A DNA stretch of 64,000 nucleotides from Octopus sinensis (GCF_006345805.1 NC_042997.1:185814001-185878000), one strand, 5' to 3'. Positions 1 through 12,654 are shown, counted from the stretch's first letter. Translations and numbers: made by a program. The notes: generated by a model from the sequence alone, not told the origin.

Positions 1-294
1 TATATATATAGAGAGAGAAGCGTGTGATGATTCATTGTGTTTCCTGCATAAATCTAGCGCGCCGACAGTTTCCATGCAAGAAATAGTCTAGAAATAATAA
101 ATCGACGCCATGCTATTTTGCTTACTTCTTTTGAAACGAAAGCAGGATTTTCTGTTGTTACTGCATTTTGTCTGCGATAGTGGGTCATTAGCAATGAAGT
201 AATGTATTATATTGATAGAAGTTCTTGCTGTAGACCTCGCACGCTTTCTGTCAGGTGTAATATCGGTAGCAAATTTTGTCACAAAGCCAGTGAT

Positions 295-480
295 TTCGAT
301 GAAGGAGTTAAGACGAATACATCAACCTCAGTAAACAACTGGTATTATTTTAGCGACCGGTAAATGACGAAAAGCAAAGTCGACCTCGGTGGTATTTGAA
401 CTCAGTATGTTAAGATGAACAAAATGCCGCTAAGCACTCTATGTCCGGCGTGCTAACGCTTCTGTCATCTCACCGCTTTT
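295..480 (-). mobile_element. tRNA-derived SINE, family A (diverged, partial)
   Basis: Reverse complement of the family A head and core (gagttcaaataccaccgaggtcgactttgcttttcgtc) seen many times in the window. Confidence 0.75.
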
Positions 481-1977
481 ATCAGGTGTAATATTTTCGG
501 TCTTTATTGTCCATTCAGTATTTCCTTTATCAAGATAACATGTAGTGATTGAGATGAATTACGTTGCTACTTCTCGCAGATCGAGTGACGGCTAAGAGTT
601 CCTTGTTGACGCTGTTGACTATTTCGCATTTTGTAGCACAATAGTGCAATATGCAGTTTCCTTATCTCTGAAAACTTGACTCATACTCATTTTTTAGTCA
701 TAGATTATCATTAATTGAGGAGACTTAGGTTTAAACGTCTTCCCAGCTATGGCTATTCCATCCTTATTTCTTTAAATACTGTGTCATATATCTAATGTGT
801 ATTTCATGTTTGAAGTTGGTATGTGTGTGAATTACTCGAAATTTGGAGGCCACTTCTCATAAGTCGAGCGATAAAAGCATAGGTTTACTAGCTGTTTCAT
901 CCAATATTTATGTTTCTCGGAGTCATTATCAACAAATTTAGTTGCTCTGAATCGTCTTTAACTGAGTTTAAAATTAGGTCAGAAAACCAGGTCAACAGAA
1001 GCTTGATTAGTGCCACTCCCTTTTTATTGACTACTCAAACTTTATATTATTCCCATTTAATTACTTGCTTTCGATTTTCATTTTGATTTTCACCCCTTAG
1101 AAAAAATAAGATAACATGAAATAAAGTTTAAATAAAATAGACAAAAAGCAAACACGGAATAGAAATGTAATTATTTTTAAAAATTCAATTTGTGATATTT
1201 TAGTTTTCTTATATTTTATTGCTTTGATTCTTTCTTTTTTTTTTTTACTTTTTGGCAATGAAATGAGAAGAAATGAAGTAGGTGAGGATAAAGAAATACA
1301 AAGATGTAAACAAAATTAAAAGATATAAAAAGAAAAGACAAAAAATTTGTAACTACTAGTGAATCTTAAAAAACTGGAACGAAGATTTTTTTTTATCAAT
1401 TTCTTCTTAACAATACGCATTGTGCTTTCTATCAAACAAATGTCACAAGCAGAAAGGGGAGAAATGTGTATGGGTAAAGGCAAAGCAAATGAGGAGTGAG
1501 AAAACGGTGAAAATAGTATTTATGGCAAGAGATAAAATTAAATGAAAATAAAAAAAAAGATGTAATGAGGATATGAAGGTATAAAAATAAATAGAACAAA
1601 AATATAAAATGAAACAGTGTGTGGTAGAGTGAGAGCGTTGTAAATTGTTTTCGAATATTAAAGGTTTTTTTTTATCGTTCTAGAAATAACATGAAGAACA
1701 ATATTGAGTCTAGCCACAATAATAATGATCATAAAGATAATGATATTAAGAACAACAAAAACACCTGAAAAAAATGTAGGCACACAATAATAACAAAAGG
1801 CCTATTACAACAATGATATTTCTAATAATGATTATCATTGTTTACTTGCCACAAGGGCAACACATGATGGAATATTACGAAGAAAAATGAAAAACTGGTG
1901 TGGATTCACGCAAAATCGTTTACAAAAAGCAAGAAAGTAACGCATCGTTTTACAAAATGAATCCTATGAAATATTCT

Positions 1978-2135
1978 GATTCTCTTATTCTCTTATATGT
2001 TTCAGTCCATTGACTGTGACCATGCTGGAGCACCGCCACTGTAATCATCTTTCCTCTTTCCACCTTTGTAGGAGCGGCTTCTGGTGAAGGATGGAGTTCG
2101 ATGCTACTGCCCTCTTTTGAGTTTCTTGCTTAGAT
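1978..2135 (-). mobile_element. 5'-truncated CR1-clade LINE 3' end
   Basis: Minus strand reads RAVASNSILHQKPLLQRWKEER*, matching the C-terminal RVAISNSIFH of the CR1 copy at 32640-33255. It is followed by the tail ggcggtgctccagcatggtcacagtcaatggactgaaacatataagag. Confidence 0.6.
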
Positions 2136-2190
2136 ATTGGCAAAGTCAACCTCTGTAGAATTTGAACTTGGAACGAGAGGACATACAAAA

Positions 2191-2420
2191 TACCTATTTC
2201 TTTACTACCCACAAGGGGCTAAACACAGAGAGGACAAACAAAGACAGACAAACGGATTAAGTCGATTATATCGACCCCAGTGCGTAACTGGTACTTATTT
2301 AATCGACCCCCAAAAGGATGAAAGCAAAGTCGACCTCGGCGGAATTTGAACTCAGAACGTAGCGACATACAAAATACCACTAAGCATTCACCCAGCATGC
2401 TAACATTTCTACCAACTCAC
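2191..2420 (-). mobile_element. tRNA-derived SINE, family A, tail type 1
   Basis: Near full-length reverse copy with B-box gagttcaaattc, core gtcgactttgctttcatcc and tail gtgggtagtaaagaaatagg. Confidence 0.9.
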
Positions 2421-4204
2421 TGTGTGATATAATAACAAATTGCTAGGGCAATAAAGTAAGAGAATATATTCATAATTACTTTGACCGTTTGCTTTTCTTT
2501 CTACGGAGGCATGTTGAGAGCAGGTTCATTCATGTGTGGCTTTAGCAGTACTCTTCTCTAATTTTCAGTAAATTCTCTGGAAGGTAGGACTTTTCTGTCT
2601 TTTCTCTCCTTCCTGTACAATTAAAAGTTAGAAGTATCGATGAATGCTTGCCCATTGTGTAGGTGTTTATCTAAACCTATTCGTATACTATTTCTTTCTC
2701 TACAGCAAGCAGACAGGGAAACTGCTTACTTTTACGACTACAGAAAAGCAACAAAGTAATTTTCACGATGGAAATGGCTGATGGCAGGAAATGTCCTATA
2801 CACAATTACGGTTTGTGACATACTTCTGAAGCCAGGAATACCCGGGCACTGAACGAGCGCATGTAGAAGAGTTACGTCGATCTGCGTGCATCTCTGACAG
2901 CGCTTTCAGAACAGGCACGGTTTCCAGAAGCCCTACAATAGTCGTGGCTTGAAATATTTTTTTTTAAATAAAAATTGTTATGCCTAAGTACAATTCGATT
3001 CAAATATATACAACATAGAGATATACTTACCTAATAATTGATACAATGGTGCAATATCTAGAAGAAAAATTAGGCAAAATTAAAAATATACTTCTAGACC
3101 AAATTACTTACTGTTAATAAATAGAAGCAAGTCTAATTTTCAGACATATGTTCCAAACTTTTGGCTACGACTGTAGGTTAGAATGTCTGTAATATATCCA
3201 AAGTCCTTATCTAAAAATCTTTTAAAACTAAGTTGTTCAATAAATTTTTGAACAAAAACAACAGATGCCTGTTCTTGGTTTTCGCTTGATCTGGGATACA
3301 TCTCTTCTCAAAGACACGACTATACGTGTCCAAAAATCCCTACAGCAGCCACCTCTTCAAAGCATGCTTGTACACCATCATCCATGGCATCAGACCCTTC
3401 GACGCATATCTTTCCATTTCCCGGAAGGTCACAAATACCACAAACTCTGCAATAAAACAACTGTTAAATCTGGCGACTTCGGTGATTTACAGTCTTTATC
3501 ATTAAATTTGATACCAGAAACTTTTCCCAAGCATATCTTATCACCTAATGAGAAAGTCCCTGATCCGTCTAAAATCTCTCTTGAGAGTAACAGTACCTTT
3601 AAATTTTATATAAAAATTATTGAAAATACGTTTGAAACCAAGTGTGTTTATACTTTCGAAAACCATGATAAGAGGCACGATGCAAACCTATTCAAATATA
3701 TTTGATTTTGAACGAGTACCAAGTCTTCTTATATAGATGGTAACTTTTGATGTAATTTCCGTTATCCTCTGTGTGGCACCAAGAAATTGTCTATTCTACT
3801 GCAAAATATGTATTCATCAAATTTTCTCACATTTAACAAAATTCGTGCTACTCTTGGAGTACTAAATATGATTTTTGTTGGCGGTGAATTGGAAAACTCT
3901 TTAAAGCGTCGAATAGACTGCATTGCACGATTTGTTCTGACACTCGAATTACAAATAAACAATTTTTCAAGCTGCAAAGTTACAATAAACACTGCACCTT
4001 GTGTGCTCAATAATACATATATAGAATGTAATGGTTATATGCATATGTGTCTGTGTGTGGTGTATGTATGAGTGTGTGTGATAATCTGTGCCTGCAAATG
4101 AATAATTTCAATTTATTGTATCTTATCTTTGTTTTATATCATTTATTTATAGTAATTTAAGCATTCGAATAATTTTCCCTTCCTCATTCACTCTATTTCT
4201 CACT

Positions 4205-4592
4205 TTACTCTTTTTACTCTTTTACTCTTTGACTTGTTTCAGTCATTTGATTGTGGCCGTACTGGAGCAACGCCTTTAGTCGAGAAAATCGACCTCAGGA
4301 CTTATTCTTTGTAAGCCTAGTACTTATTCTATCGGTCTAGTTTTGCCGAACCGCTAAGTTACGGAACCTTAAACACGGTTGTCAAGCGATATATATATGT
4401 ATGTACGCGTGTGTATATGTTTGTGTGTGTATATGTCTGTGTGTCTGTGTTTGTTCCCTCCGCCCCAACATCGCTTGACAACCGACGCTGGTCGGCTGAG
4501 GCTATAGTAGAAGTCACTTGCCCAAGGTGCCACGCAGCGGGACTGAACCCGGAACCATGTAAGCAAGCTACTTTCCACACAGCCACTCCTAC
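4205..4592 (-). mobile_element. tRNA-derived SINE, family B (CORE-like)
   Basis: Head aggagtggctgtgtggaaagtagcttgc, CORE-like ggcaccttgggcaagtgacttc, tail ctgaaacaagtcaaagagtaaaagag. Confidence 0.9.
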
Positions 4593-5114
4593 TTTCTTTC
4601 ACTTACATACTTCTTTTGCTCTTATATATTCAATCTTTTCTTCGTTTGCTTTGTTCTGTTTCATTCTACATGTATACATATACTCATAAATACACGCACA
4701 CATAAACAGAAACCATACACACATACACACACACATGCACGAAAATACGCACAGGCGCACACGGACATCATCTTAAACCTACTTGCCTTCCTTTCTCCAA
4801 CCTGTTCTCTCTATCAAACTCAGTTTTTCCTTCTCACCCTCACCCTCTCTCCCTCATACCTTCTTTCCATTTTCTTGCATCTGTTCTTTCGACCCCTTCT
4901 TTCTCTGTCATTCTCTCCCTATCATTCGCTTCACCTCTGTCCCTTTCTCTTCCTGTTTGTGCCTTTGATATTTTTCCTGTTTGCCTGAAAACTGTCAAAC
5001 TACAATTCTCTACTAGTCTGAATCCTTAGGTTTTTCTTTCTCTTTCACTGCACTCTCTTTTTGCCGTTCTGTCTGTCTGTCTATCAGTCTGTCTCTCTCT
5101 CTCTCTCTGTCTCT

Positions 5115-5161
<47 letters not shown>

Positions 5162-5320
5162 TGTTGTTATGTCCATTATGCTTTTCATCATCATCATGAC
5201 CATACTTCTGTTACTACATTAATTATTTATCTTTATTTTCCTTTCAGTTATCTGTCTCCACTTCACAAATCCTCCACTAAGTACAGCTCCTCTCATTCCC
5301 TCCCTCTATCCCTCCCTCTC

Positions 5321-5370
<50 letters not shown>

Positions 5371-5629
5371 CTTCTTCGAAAATCTATCCGACTTTTCCTC
5401 CAATTCCTCCTTAACACTTCCTCTCCCAGTCTTCGTCATCTTTTTAATCCCTTGTCTCCTCCCACATTTCCGACACTAACCCATTCCCAACTGTGTTTTT
5501 TCCTTCCCTTGCCCTTAAGACACGGTTTGCTGAAGCAATCAGAACTAAAAACCAGAAAGAAAAAAACCCGTAACAGAAGACACTTATTTTCTGTCGCGGG
5601 CAGGTCATGATGGATAGGTAAACAAGCAA

Positions 5630-5631
5630 CA

Positions 5632-5667
<36 letters not shown>

Positions 5668-5775
5668 ACACATACATACACACACGCACAAACACACACA
5701 CATTAATACACACTCACACGTATACATTCATGTATGTACATACATACATGCATCTATCAAACCCTCATACATATA

Positions 5776-5811
<36 letters not shown>

Positions 5812-6200
5812 TTTGTACCCTACATACATATATACATACATACGTACATATATATACACACATACATATACAAACACATACATATACACACACATACATA
5901 CATATACACACATACATATACACACATACATACATATACACACACATACATACATATACACACATACATACATATACACACATACACACATACATACACA
6001 CATACATACATACACACATACATACACACATACATACATACATACATACACACATACATACACAGATACATACACACATACACACACATACACACATACA
6101 TACACACATACAAACATACATACACAGATACACACACACATACACACATACATACACACATACATACACAATACACACACACATACATAAAACGTATACG
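5630..6200. repeat. Compound (CA)n/(TA)n/(TACA)n microsatellite
   Basis: Direct inspection. It explains the HTYI/VCMY pseudo-ORFs here. Confidence 0.95.
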
Positions 6201-6624
6201 ACGTATATAAGTCCACGCAAGCGGACAGACGATAAAGATAGCCAGGGACAAACATGTAGATAGATATAAATAAACATAGAACACATAGGCATTTCTAGAT
6301 TTGACCTGCTAGAAATAACATCCAGGCTCCCTTATATGAAGCCTTAATGATGATGAAATCCCATATATACTACGTTTGAAAATATAACGGGATGATATTG
6401 GCCAGAATGCCTTTGTTTATACATTTGATTGATCGTTTGACATGGCTGTATGTGTATATCTATCCTTCCTTCATGCTTCTTTGTTTATCGGTCAGTCAGC
6501 CCGTCTATCATGCGTATCTGGAATCTGTCCGTCTGTACGTTAGGCCTGTTAATATGTCCGCATTTTGGCCAGCTTTGTCAATCGTCTCTGATCATTTGTT
6601 CATCGTTTTCTTTTATATTCGCTT

Positions 6625-6815
6625 TTTTTTTGTTACTGCAGCCATGCTGGGGCAGAAGTCTTGAAAGGTTTCAAACGAACAAATCGACATCAGGACATAT
6701 TTTTTTTAAAGCCTATTACTTATTTTATCGAACTGTTAGGCCGAACCGCTAGTTTACGGAAACGTAAGCACACCCACAACGGTTGTCAAACAGTAGCAAG
6801 AGAGAAAAACACACA
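6625..6815 (-). mobile_element. SINE family B, 3' half, diverged
   Basis: gccatgctgg ... aacaaatcgac ... ccgaaccgctagtttacggaaacgtaa matches family B. Confidence 0.7.
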
Positions 6816-7486
6816 CACATAAATATACATACACATACACACACATATATATACATATATGTATACACATCTACATACTTATAGATATATATAGGTATAT
6901 ATATATATACATACTTATAGATATATATATATATACATACTTATATATATATATATATATATTTCAACAATTGAGGGTAAAATTAATTAATTAATCAATT
7001 TCACCAAGTGTTCAGTATGCAAAGGGACCATTTAAGGCGAATTCAAATTATTACATTATATAAAAGGGCTTAGTAAAATAAATTACTTTGCCGCATACTG
7101 AACTCATTAGAATGCTATTTCTAATGAGTTCAGTATGCGGCAAAGTAGTTATTTTACTAAGCCCTTTTATATAATGTAATAATTGAATTCGCCTTAAAGG
7201 TCCCTTTGCATACTGAACACTTGGTGAAATTGATTAATTAATTAATTTACCCTCAATTGTTGAAATATAATTCATCTCTCTCTATTTAAATGCCTCGGAT
7301 TTTACCGAAAAAAGCATAGTGTTTGCTGATTTTACCCACGCTGGTGGAAAGGGGAGAGCAGAAATTCTTCGCTTGCATATTTGGGTTTGTTGGCACTGTT
7401 AGTTACGAGCGGATCTTCAAAAGCGATAGGAGGCCGAAGGAGTATGCTCCCACTTTCAGTGTTTTCAAATCCAAACCAGGGAGTTC

Positions 7487-7539
7487 TGAGCTGATGATAG
7501 AAATGCGAGTTTTGACTAATCTTGAAACGTACGTTCTCA
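7487..7539 (+). ncRNA. Minimal type I hammerhead ribozyme motif
   Basis: tgag-CTGATGA-(stem II aga..agt/act..tct)-GAAAC-gtac-GTT-ctca. Stem I is tgag/ctca and stem III is the palindrome ACGTACGT. Confidence 0.7.
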
Positions 7540-8038
7540 AATAACCTTGCATCTGATTTTTTAATGTCTCTACCCCCATAATTCCGTGAGTTGAATTGAG
7601 CAAACACTATATGAGAGAGGTTTTCTTTAAGTATTAGAAATAGTTTATAATGTTTTTTTAGCTGGATTTCTAATGAGTTCAGTATGCGGCAAAGTAATTT
7701 ATTTTACTAAGCCCTTTTATATAATGTAATAATTTGAATTCGCCTTAAATGGTCCCTTTGCATACTGAACACTGGTGAAATTGATTAATTAATTAATTTA
7801 CCCTCAATTGTTGAAATTATAATCATCTCTCTCTATTTAAATGCCTCGGATTTTACCGAAAAAAAGCCTAGTGTTTGCTGATTTTAACCCACGCTGGTGG
7901 AAAGGGGAGAGCAGAAATTCTTCGCTTGCATATTTGGGTTTGTTGGCACTGTTAGTTACGAGCGGATCTTCAAAAGCGATAGGAGGCCGAGGAGTATGCT
8001 CCCACTTTCAGTGTTTTCAAATCCAAACCAGGGAGTTC

Positions 8039-8090
8039 TGAGCTGATGATAGAAAGTCGAGTTTTGACTAATCTTGAAACGACGTTCTCA
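8039..8090 (+). ncRNA. Minimal type I hammerhead ribozyme motif (second tandem copy)
   Basis: tgag-CTGATGA-tagaaagtcgagttttgactaatctt-GAAAC-gac-GTT-ctca, with a one-base deletion in stem III relative to copy 1. Confidence 0.6.
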
Positions 8091-8277
8091 AATAACCTTT
8101 GCATCTGATTTTTTAATGTCTCTACCCCCCCATATTCCGTGAGTTGAATTGAGCAAACACTATATGAGAGAGGTTTTCTTAAGTATTAGAAATAGTTTAT
8201 AATGTTTTTAGCTGCTTTTCAATGAGTTCAGTATGCGGCAAAGTAATTTATTTTCTAAGCCGTTATATAAGGTTATA

Positions 8278-8321
<44 letters not shown>

Positions 8322-8438
8322 ATAATAATACATATATTATACATATATATATATATACATATATATACATATATATATATATAATATATATACATATATA
8401 ATACATATATATATATATATATATTATATATAATATAA

Positions 8439-8495
<57 letters not shown>

Positions 8496-8549
8496 ATATA
8501 TATAATACACATGTACATATATACGTACATAAATATGAGTGTGTATATT

Positions 8550-8715
8550 TTGGGGAAGGTGATAAGTTGATCCCCAGTGTTTCACTGGTACTCAATTTAT
8601 CGACCGACAAAGGAGAACAGCAAAGTCGACCTCGGCGGAATTTAAACTCAGAACGTAGCGATGGCCGAAATACTGCTAAGCACTATGGCCTGGGTGCTAA
8701 CGCAAGTTCGCCACC
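8550..8715 (-). mobile_element. SINE family A (partial)
   Basis: Reverse head and core motifs. Confidence 0.8.
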
Positions 8716-8783
8716 ATAATGATAATAATAATGATAACAATAACAAGAATAATAAAATTTTTCTTTTTCTTCTTCTTCTTCTT

Positions 8784-8869
<86 letters not shown>

Positions 8870-8870
8870 G
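8716..8870. repeat. (ATA)n/(TTC)n/(TTA)n triplet tract
   Basis: Direct inspection. Confidence 0.95.
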
Positions 8871-8879
8871 TTATTATTG

Positions 8880-9105
8880 AAAGCAGGGTGGAGGCGGGCG
8901 GATGGCAGAATCCTTAGCACGCCGGACGAAATACTCAGCTGTATTTCGACCGTCGGTACGTTCTGTGTTCAAATTTCGCCGAGGTCAGCTTTGCCTTTCA
9001 TCCTTCTGGGGTCGATAAATTAAGTACCAGTTGAGTAATGGGGCCGATGTGATTATCTATCCCCCTCCCCAAATTTCAGGCCTTGTGTACATTGTAGAAA
9101 GGATT
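8880..9105 (+). mobile_element. SINE family A, tail type 2
   Basis: Head tggcagaatccttagcacg, core, and tail ccccaaatttcaggccttgtg...agaaaggattatt. Confidence 0.85.
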
Positions 9106-10033
9106 ATTGGGAGGAGGAGGAGAAGGAGGAAGTGAAGGTGTAGGAGGATTATCATCATCATCATTATCATCATCAGCAGCATTATCATCGTTATCAACAT
9201 CATATAAGCAAGAATATTTTCTTCCTTTTATAGATATGTTGCAATACCCCCAACCCCCTCAGCATTAGCAATGCTATAAAATATATCCATGGACTTTTGC
9301 GTATCTTAAATTACAGCATCAATCTCCGAATATATCTGAAACAATACAACATACATACAATACATACAGACATACATACATACACACATATATACATATG
9401 CATATACATGTATATATATATATATATAAGCTTATTATGCATGAGTTGTTATAGGTCTTTTGTAACATTACTAATGTTATACCATAAACATAACAAAATT
9501 GTTATCATTGTTTATTTATATCAATTCATATCAATGTTTCTCTCAGAGCTTCGAGAAATTGTCCAATTGATGCCAAAACTCTAACAGTTTGTTTCCAAAT
9601 GGAATCGATATTTGGTGAATGTCTGTTTTATGGTATTCAGCCAAATGCCAACAATTTACAGTATCATAGCACTTAATCTCATTGCAGCAGTAATTAAATA
9701 TGATTGTGGCTTGGCTCAAATAATTAAATATAATGATGCTTTGTCAATTAAACATTATTTGTGCGATAGTAATTAAGTATAATTTTGGTTGGATAGATAA
9801 ATAGGTATGCATGTATGAATGTAAGTATCTACATTTGTAAAGCGTGTATACCTCTCTATTTCTTACTCACTCTCTATATGTGCATGTGTGTATGTATACG
9901 TAAGTATACGTAAGTATATATACGTATATACATATAAAATAAAAATAAAAGAATATATATATATATATTGATAAAAATAGTAAGACAACAAAAGAATTAA
10001 AGAGACCTCGAAATTATGTAAATAGTGGAATTT

Positions 10034-10262
10034 ATCTGTAAATGTAATATATGACAATTATTCGGTAGCCATGATAAAACTCCGAGTTTCGGATGCCGAG
10101 GTGGAAATCCACGCCGCTATCCCTTCAGTTATTCGGCCATCGAAAAAAATGTTATGAAAAACTCCTATAGCATTTTTTCCGATGACCAGAAAACTGAAGA
10201 GATGGCGCGTGGATTTCCAACTCGGCATCCGAAACTCGAGCTGTATCGTCATATTTACAGAT
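10034..10262. repeat. Fold-back element with two inverted hammerhead-like motifs
   Basis: Arms about 10034-10154 and 10167-10262. The minus arm reads ataa-CTGAAGG-gat..cg..cggcatcc-GAAAC-tcgga-GTT-ttat and the plus arm CTGAAGA-gatg...catcc-GAAAC-tcgag. Confidence 0.75.
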
Positions 10263-10280
10263 ATATATTTACAGAATATA

Positions 10281-10427
10281 AGTCCTAAAATTGTTTTTTA
10301 TTGTAAGCGTGCCCAAACAGTCGAATGATTACACAGAGCAAGTTTTACAGCGCCATCATCCGAAACGGCCGAGTGAAACCCGGCTAAGCTGCTAGTATAA
10401 TATATATATATATATATATATATTAAT

Positions 10428-10470
<43 letters not shown>

Positions 10471-10594
10471 TATATATACTAGCAGCTTAGCCGGGTTTCA
10501 CTCGGCCGTTTCGGATGATGTGGCTGTAAAACTTGCTCTGTGTAATCATTCGACTTGTTTGGGCACGCTTACAATAAAAAACAATTCTAGGACT
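10281..10594. mobile_element. Two Helitron-like 3' ends, tail-to-tail around a (TA)n tract
   Basis: Inverted arms 10281-10396 and 10478-10594, each ending in hairpin ccgagtgaaacccgg followed by CTAG|T. Confidence 0.65.
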
Positions 10595-11043
10595 TTTTCA
10601 AAACTCTAAAAATAACTAAACAAAAAAAAAAATCCAACCAAATTCCACCAAATCAAAAAATAAACGCTTAATAAAGCGAACAAAGATGAACCATCCCACT
10701 TCCATTGCGCGCACAAACACACATTCACATACTCCCCATTTACATACACACATATATTCACATAGAGTTGAAATGCTATTTGATTTATCTTCTTCAGCAT
10801 ACAATTTTCATCATTCCAGTACTGAGTATGACATCACCCCCTTCCTTTCTTATTCATAAACATAAGAGTATTATAGTAGATTATCTCGGTAACCATGGGA
10901 GCTTTGAAAAAATACAAAGCCCAGCATCACCACCGGATCATTCTCAGTTCCACCCAGCCTTTTGACCGTGAATCCCAAGACAAGAAAGAATCGCCCATGT
11001 CAAATTTATATGTATATATATTATATTTACATTACATATATAT

Positions 11044-11090
<47 letters not shown>

Positions 11091-11301
11091 ATATATATAT
11101 ATATATATAATATAGTATATATACATTGTATATACTTATATATAGGTATATATATACATATATATATGTAAGTATATATAGGTATATATATATACATATG
11201 TATATATAACGTATATATAGGTATATATATATACATATGTATATACGTATATATAGGTATAATATATATACATATACACACATATATATTACAATGATAT
11301 C

Positions 11302-11340
<39 letters not shown>

Positions 11341-11564
11341 CACACATATATATATACATATGTATATATATATATATTATACATACATACATACATACAT
11401 ACATACGTATATATATGTGTATTTGTGTGCGTGTGTGTATGTGTATACTCATGTTCTTATATACACATAGATTAGACAAAAGTATATGATTATACAAACA
11501 CACTTGTACACTCACTCACACGCACGCACACACACATAAACACACATGCATATATATATATATA

Positions 11565-11609
<45 letters not shown>

Positions 11610-12654
11610 AGCATAGAGGCAGAGGGAGAGACACGTACAGATAGATTAATACAATGAATAGACGCCTACAAAGATAAAAGCAGAAATGTATCACTTATGT
11701 TTATCTCCTAAGTAATAGAGCTTTTAATTGATATGTATGATGTAATATCGATTAACATATGATTACTGTAAATTGACTGAAAAGTTATACTGATGATTGT
11801 AGATCAGCAGAAAAGCTTAGAGTTAATCAGAGAAGCTTAAATCTATTAAGTAGAATTATAAAACTAAAGTAATCTCAATTCAAAATCATAGATCCTGCTT
11901 ATAATCTATGATATATATATTCGATTATTTATGAATAACAGCGTTTACATTCGGGAATATGTGAAACAATTGACAAACTAATCTATTCGATTAAAGTTTC
12001 TTTTGGTCAATAAGTGAGATAGCAAAATTACTGAGGACTATAAAACGCTAATATACAATCAGTATGTATTTTAATCCACGAAGAAAACAGATGAGAGCCA
12101 GTGGGTATAAAGATCAATCAACACAATATAAGAAAGCGGCTTAGCTTCATTAACATTGCGAATGATTGTCAACCGGGTAGCTTTGGGTAAGTTCAGAAAC
12201 AATTTCTTTTCGCAGAGCATCACCAATCCGTGATTATCATACTGATTACTTATATTAATGAAACGCATTTTTGTCTGTCTATAATTATTCTAATTAGTCA
12301 CAGATGATTATTTATTGTTTAATTCATTACTACTGCTCTGTATCCAATTTCTAACGAGAGAAATCTTCCATAGCGATAAGACTACGCATTTTTAACATTT
12401 ACTCTTCGCTTAAATGTTTGTCAGTCAGAATCAGGCTGTAATCCTTTCGTTTTAGATAATGTTATTCGGATAACATTAACCTGTATAACCTATGTAACTA
12501 TTCTTCAAGCCTCACCACCTAAACAACAAACAACAATAATAATAATGATAATAATAATAACAATAATAATAATAATATGCGTGTGGATATATATATATGC
12601 ATACACAAACACACACACATACACACACACACATATATATATACATACACATTA

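Larger units (their letters stand above)
6961..8270 (+). repeat. About 550-bp tandem unit (2 full copies + partial) preceded by an inverted partial copy; Penelope pLTR/retrozyme-like
   Basis: Units start near 7118, 7667 and 8217 (tttctaatgagttcagtatgcggc). 6961-7112 is the reverse complement of 7119-7266. Each full unit carries a hammerhead motif. Confidence 0.85.

Noticed and set aside
2137-2349. Recurrent ORFs ending in PERMKGKVDLGGI or starting [15 protein letters not shown]
   Set aside because: These are frames through SINE families A and B, not genes.
3265-3705. 146-aa plus-strand ORF
   Set aside because: No recognisable domain; more plausibly the antisense of candidate minus-strand exons, or chance.
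5728-6292. Long ORFs rich in YI/HT/VCM (also near 11000, 20100-20800, 33300, 45700, 58400)
   Set aside because: They are translations of TA, CA, TACA and TATG microsatellites that lack stop codons by composition.
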